Position numbers and translations under genes: made by a program. Shown here in pieces: positions 17,678 to 20,000 of a DNA stretch of 20,000 bases (position 1 is the first letter of the stretch; each line of letters opens with the position of its first letter). Below the pieces are notes generated by a model. It was not told the origin of the DNA. It saw only the letters and a list, made by a program, of their open reading frames with translations, and searched no databases. Source of the stretch: a bacterium UBP13_UBA5359 (GTDB lineage Bacteria; UBP13; UBA5359); NCBI GenBank assembly GCA_002410925.1, contig DHPR01000013.1:56995-76994 (forward strand), given 5' to 3'.

Positions 17678-18343
17678 ATGAAGGGGTTAAGAAGCAACAA
17701 GGGGTTTACGTTGATTGAACTGCTAGTCGTTATTGCAATTATAGCGATTCTGGCAGCTATTCTCTTCCCGGTCTTCGGTAAAGCAAGGGCCAAAGCCAGG
17801 CAGGCTACGTGCCAAAGTAATCTCAAACAACTGGGGTTAGCCTTTGCCATGTATCTGCAGGACTGGGATGAGGTTTTTCCGCCGCAAAGCAAAGATAATG
17901 AAAATCAATGGGGCTGGGTGTTAAAAGAATCTAAATATATAACAAATAATCGGATAATGGTCTGCCCTGATGCCGGACATCTTGATCACGCCACAGGGTT
18001 CGCCGATTTTCCCAACGATGCCTGGAGATATTCTTACGTTAATTACGGTTATAATTTCAATTATCTCGGCTCTTATTACAACGGTACTGCTTATGTGTTC
18101 CCTGCGCGGAGCCTGGCCGATATTAAACGCACAAGTGAGACAATACTGTTGGCCGACGCTTATTATGATCCTGCTGCCGCTAACAGGCCAGCCAACGTGT
18201 TAAGCAGCGTTAACACCGGAACTTTTGTTATTCACGATCGCCATAACGAGGGAGCAAACGTTCTATGGGTTGATGGTCATGTATCATGGAAATATAATGC
18301 TCGCAGTACAATTCAGGTAGCGAATTATATGAACGGCAAGTAG
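17678..18343 (+). CDS. Prepilin-type N-terminal cleavage/methylation protein, DUF1559 family with H-X9-DG motif
   Basis: [28 protein letters not shown]...[11 protein letters not shown]...CP...YGYN...[20 protein letters not shown] before ATG 17678 (ATG 17669 also possible). Confidence 0.93.
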   Translation: MKGLRSNKGFTLIELLVVIAIIAILAAILFPVFGKARAKARQATCQSNLKQLGLAFAMYLQDWDEVFPPQSKDNENQWGWVLKESKYITNNRIMVCPDAGHLDHATGFADFPNDAWRYSYVNYGYNFNYLGSYYNGTAYVFPARSLADIKRTSETILLADAYYDPAAANRPANVLSSVNTGTFVIHDRHNEGANVLWVDGHVSWKYNARSTIQVANYMNGK

Positions 18344-18489
18344 ATATTGGAGACAACTCCTTGCATTTGACAAGGCCTTCTGCCAGAGCCGCCAACTGCT
18401 TATGCCATCCGAGAGCGGCCTGAAGCTGCTCAGGTGATATGACCGTTTGCCCGCAAATTGACCATGCTGAATGGCCGTAGGTAACGAAT

Positions 18490-18609
18490 GGGGTCAGGAG
18501 TTTACATTTAGCCTTTGGCATAGTAGCGTAGAATAGCAGCTATGCCATCGCAAGCAGAGCGAAAAAGAGCTTGGCAGCGCTTCGATGAGTGAAGTAAATC
18601 CCTGACCCC
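18490..18609. mobile_element. 120-bp MITE/REPIN-like element with imperfect terminal inverted repeats
   Basis: GGGGTCAGGAGTTTAC (18490-18505) versus GTAAATCCCTGACCCC (18594-18609), 14/16 complementary; internal GGCATAG...CTATGCC hairpin; lies between convergent genes; no transposase in window. Confidence 0.6.
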
Positions 18610-18625
18610 TCTTGTTTACAGTTGA

Positions 18626-19495
18626 TTATCTCTTCAGAAGGAAGTTGTTGCAATCATCCCTGTATAAGCTGGGGGAGAGTCGGTTGATCTTCTTGAAAAT
18701 CTTGGAGAAGACTTTGGGCTCATGGTAGCCGACGGATTTAGCTATCTGCTCTATAGTGCAATCCGAGTTGGCCAGGAGCATTCTTGCTCTGTTTATACGT
18801 AGGTTAAGTAGAAAAGACGATGGCGACAAGCCGGTAACGCGTTTGAAAAGGCGGCAGAAATAACTGCGCTCCAGACCAAGTTCGCTTGCTATATCTGCGA
18901 TTCTGATATCTTCGCTGTAATTCAATTCCATGATATTGATTGCTTGTTTGGCATAACGGGTTTCGGAATTTTGCACCAGAGGCGACCGTTCTCTGTCCGT
19001 GTGAGTTATCAGTTCAGCCATCAACAAAAAGAAAAGGCCCTGCTGTCTTACCCCTGCTCCCGTTAGCGTGCCGTCGATGCTCAGCATCTCCGACAGAATT
19101 CGCCGGACGGCATGCTTCTGTGATAATCGTATAATGGGATCGGCCAGTGACAGGCCGCAGCTGTAAAGGTACTCATCCACTCGTGCCCCGTTAAAGGCGA
19201 AGTAAGCGTATGTCCACGGCGTCTTTTTATCTGCTTCCCATGATACGGATGCATCCGGATAAGCAAGAATGCATCTGTTCCGTTGTACGGCATAGCTTGC
19301 ACCACCGGTATGGAACGTTCCGCATCCTTCCAATACGATATAAAATGTATAATGTTCCCTTATATGCAACGGGCTATTCTGCTCCGGAAGGCACTTCTCT
19401 TGCCCGTAAAAGAGCAAAGCCAGATCCATATTTTTATGACCGGGATAGATAACTTTATGCATGTGCGGGCTTTTGATCGGGCTGAGTTCCCTCAT
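18626..19495 (-). CDS. AraC-family transcriptional regulator (MsmR-like N-terminus)
   Basis: YGQEKC.P....HIREHY..Y.V..G.G, PWTYAYFAFNG cupin; LGLERSYFCRLFK..G.SP..., IEQIAKSVGY..KVFSKIFKK HTH. Start reassigned to ATG 19495 from promoter position. Confidence 0.92.
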   Translation of the reverse strand: MRELSPIKSPHMHKVIYPGHKNMDLALLFYGQEKCLPEQNSPLHIREHYTFYIVLEGCGTFHTGGASYAVQRNRCILAYPDASVSWEADKKTPWTYAYFAFNGARVDEYLYSCGLSLADPIIRLSQKHAVRRILSEMLSIDGTLTGAGVRQQGLFFLLMAELITHTDRERSPLVQNSETRYAKQAINIMELNYSEDIRIADIASELGLERSYFCRLFKRVTGLSPSSFLLNLRINRARMLLANSDCTIEQIAKSVGYHEPKVFSKIFKKINRLSPSLYRDDCNNFLLKR

Positions 19496-19501
19496 GCGGC
19501 T

Positions 19502-19510
19502 ATTATAACA
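19502..19510 (-). promoter_or_regulatory. Extended -10 promoter of the second AraC gene, probably leaderless
   Basis: Minus strand TGtTATAAT-AGCCGC-ATG; no Shine-Dalgarno. Confidence 0.7.
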
Positions 19511-19841
19511 AATTTGAATGCGATTTAAAAGAATAGGGAAGTAGGGGCTTTTTATGTCACAAAAGAACACATAAATGCAACATGACAGGGTTTGATATTC
19601 CGTTGCAAGATGATAAGGTTAACTCAAGCAGTTTTTGCAGTGCCGCTCAACGATTGCCAACCGCTACTCCTTTTTGCCTGGGAAGAGGATGAAGCGCCGG
19701 ATCGCTCAGTTGAAGCTTACGGCGGTGCTGGCGATCACTGACTATGAAGGCTTCTTTGTTGCATCTGCGGATAAATGGTTTCAGCCTTGCAAGGGTGGAA
19801 TATGATATGATGAATAGCATATTAAATCAGGAGGTGCTCGA

Positions 19842-20000
19842 GTGAAGAGAAGAAAGTCAGGGTTTACGCTTATCGAATTGCTGGTCGTCATTGCAATCAT
19901 CGCGATTCTCGCGGCTATCCTCTTCCCGGTCTTTGCCCGGGCAAGAGAGAAGAGCAGGGCGGCCACCTGCCAGAGCAATCTGAAACAGATTGGACTGGGC
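19842..20000 (+). CDS. Second prepilin-type (DUF1559-like) protein, 3'-partial; not in the ORF track
   Basis: AGGAGGTG RBS then [56 protein letters not shown], running off the window. Confidence 0.93.
   Translation, partial: MKRRKSGFTLIELLVVIAIIAILAAILFPVFARAREKSRAATCQSNLKQIGLG

Noticed and set aside
17614-17892. Minus-strand ORF similar to 19781-19978
   Set aside because: The similarity is only the antisense mirror of the conserved prepilin N-terminus.
18228-18521. 97-aa minus-strand ORF
   Set aside because: It starts inside the MITE-like element and overlaps the pilin 3' end; a gene remnant in 18344-18489 cannot be excluded but no homology is recognisable.
19496-19570. 25-codon N-terminal extension of the second AraC ORF
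   Set aside because: It spans the predicted promoter and is AT-rich intergenic-type sequence.
1-20000. CRISPR array, tRNA/rRNA, transposase, integrase, reverse transcriptase or defence genes
   Set aside because: No regularly spaced repeats, RNA-gene signatures or catalytic motifs of these families were seen. The lacI duplication is not DGR-like because differences are not restricted to adenines.

Overview
Bacterial DNA of roughly 50% GC. The DUF1559 pilin-like genes and tandem Spy-like genes suggest an Armatimonadota/PVC-type or similar anaerobe (inference only). The left part holds a 5'-truncated subtilisin (S8) protease with an Ig-like domain and a PQQ-type propeller, and two tandem Spy/CpxP-like chaperone genes behind a SigW-like ECF promoter. 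The rest is a glycan-catabolism region: an RhaR-like AraC regulator, a URO-D-fold protein, two GH106-like glycosidases, a large secreted LamG/GH42-like glycosidase, a LacI repressor, a second AraC regulator and two prepilin-type DUF1559 genes. No transporter gene is present in the window. Notable non-coding structure: (i) a ~300 bp duplication of the lacI promoter and HTH region in front of the two large glycosidases, with the promoter conserved and the coding part decayed; (ii) a GGGGTCAGGAGTTTACA REP/MITE-like element in direct orientation at both ends of the ~9.6 kb LacI-glycosidase-pilin block; (iii) both AraC genes look leaderless.
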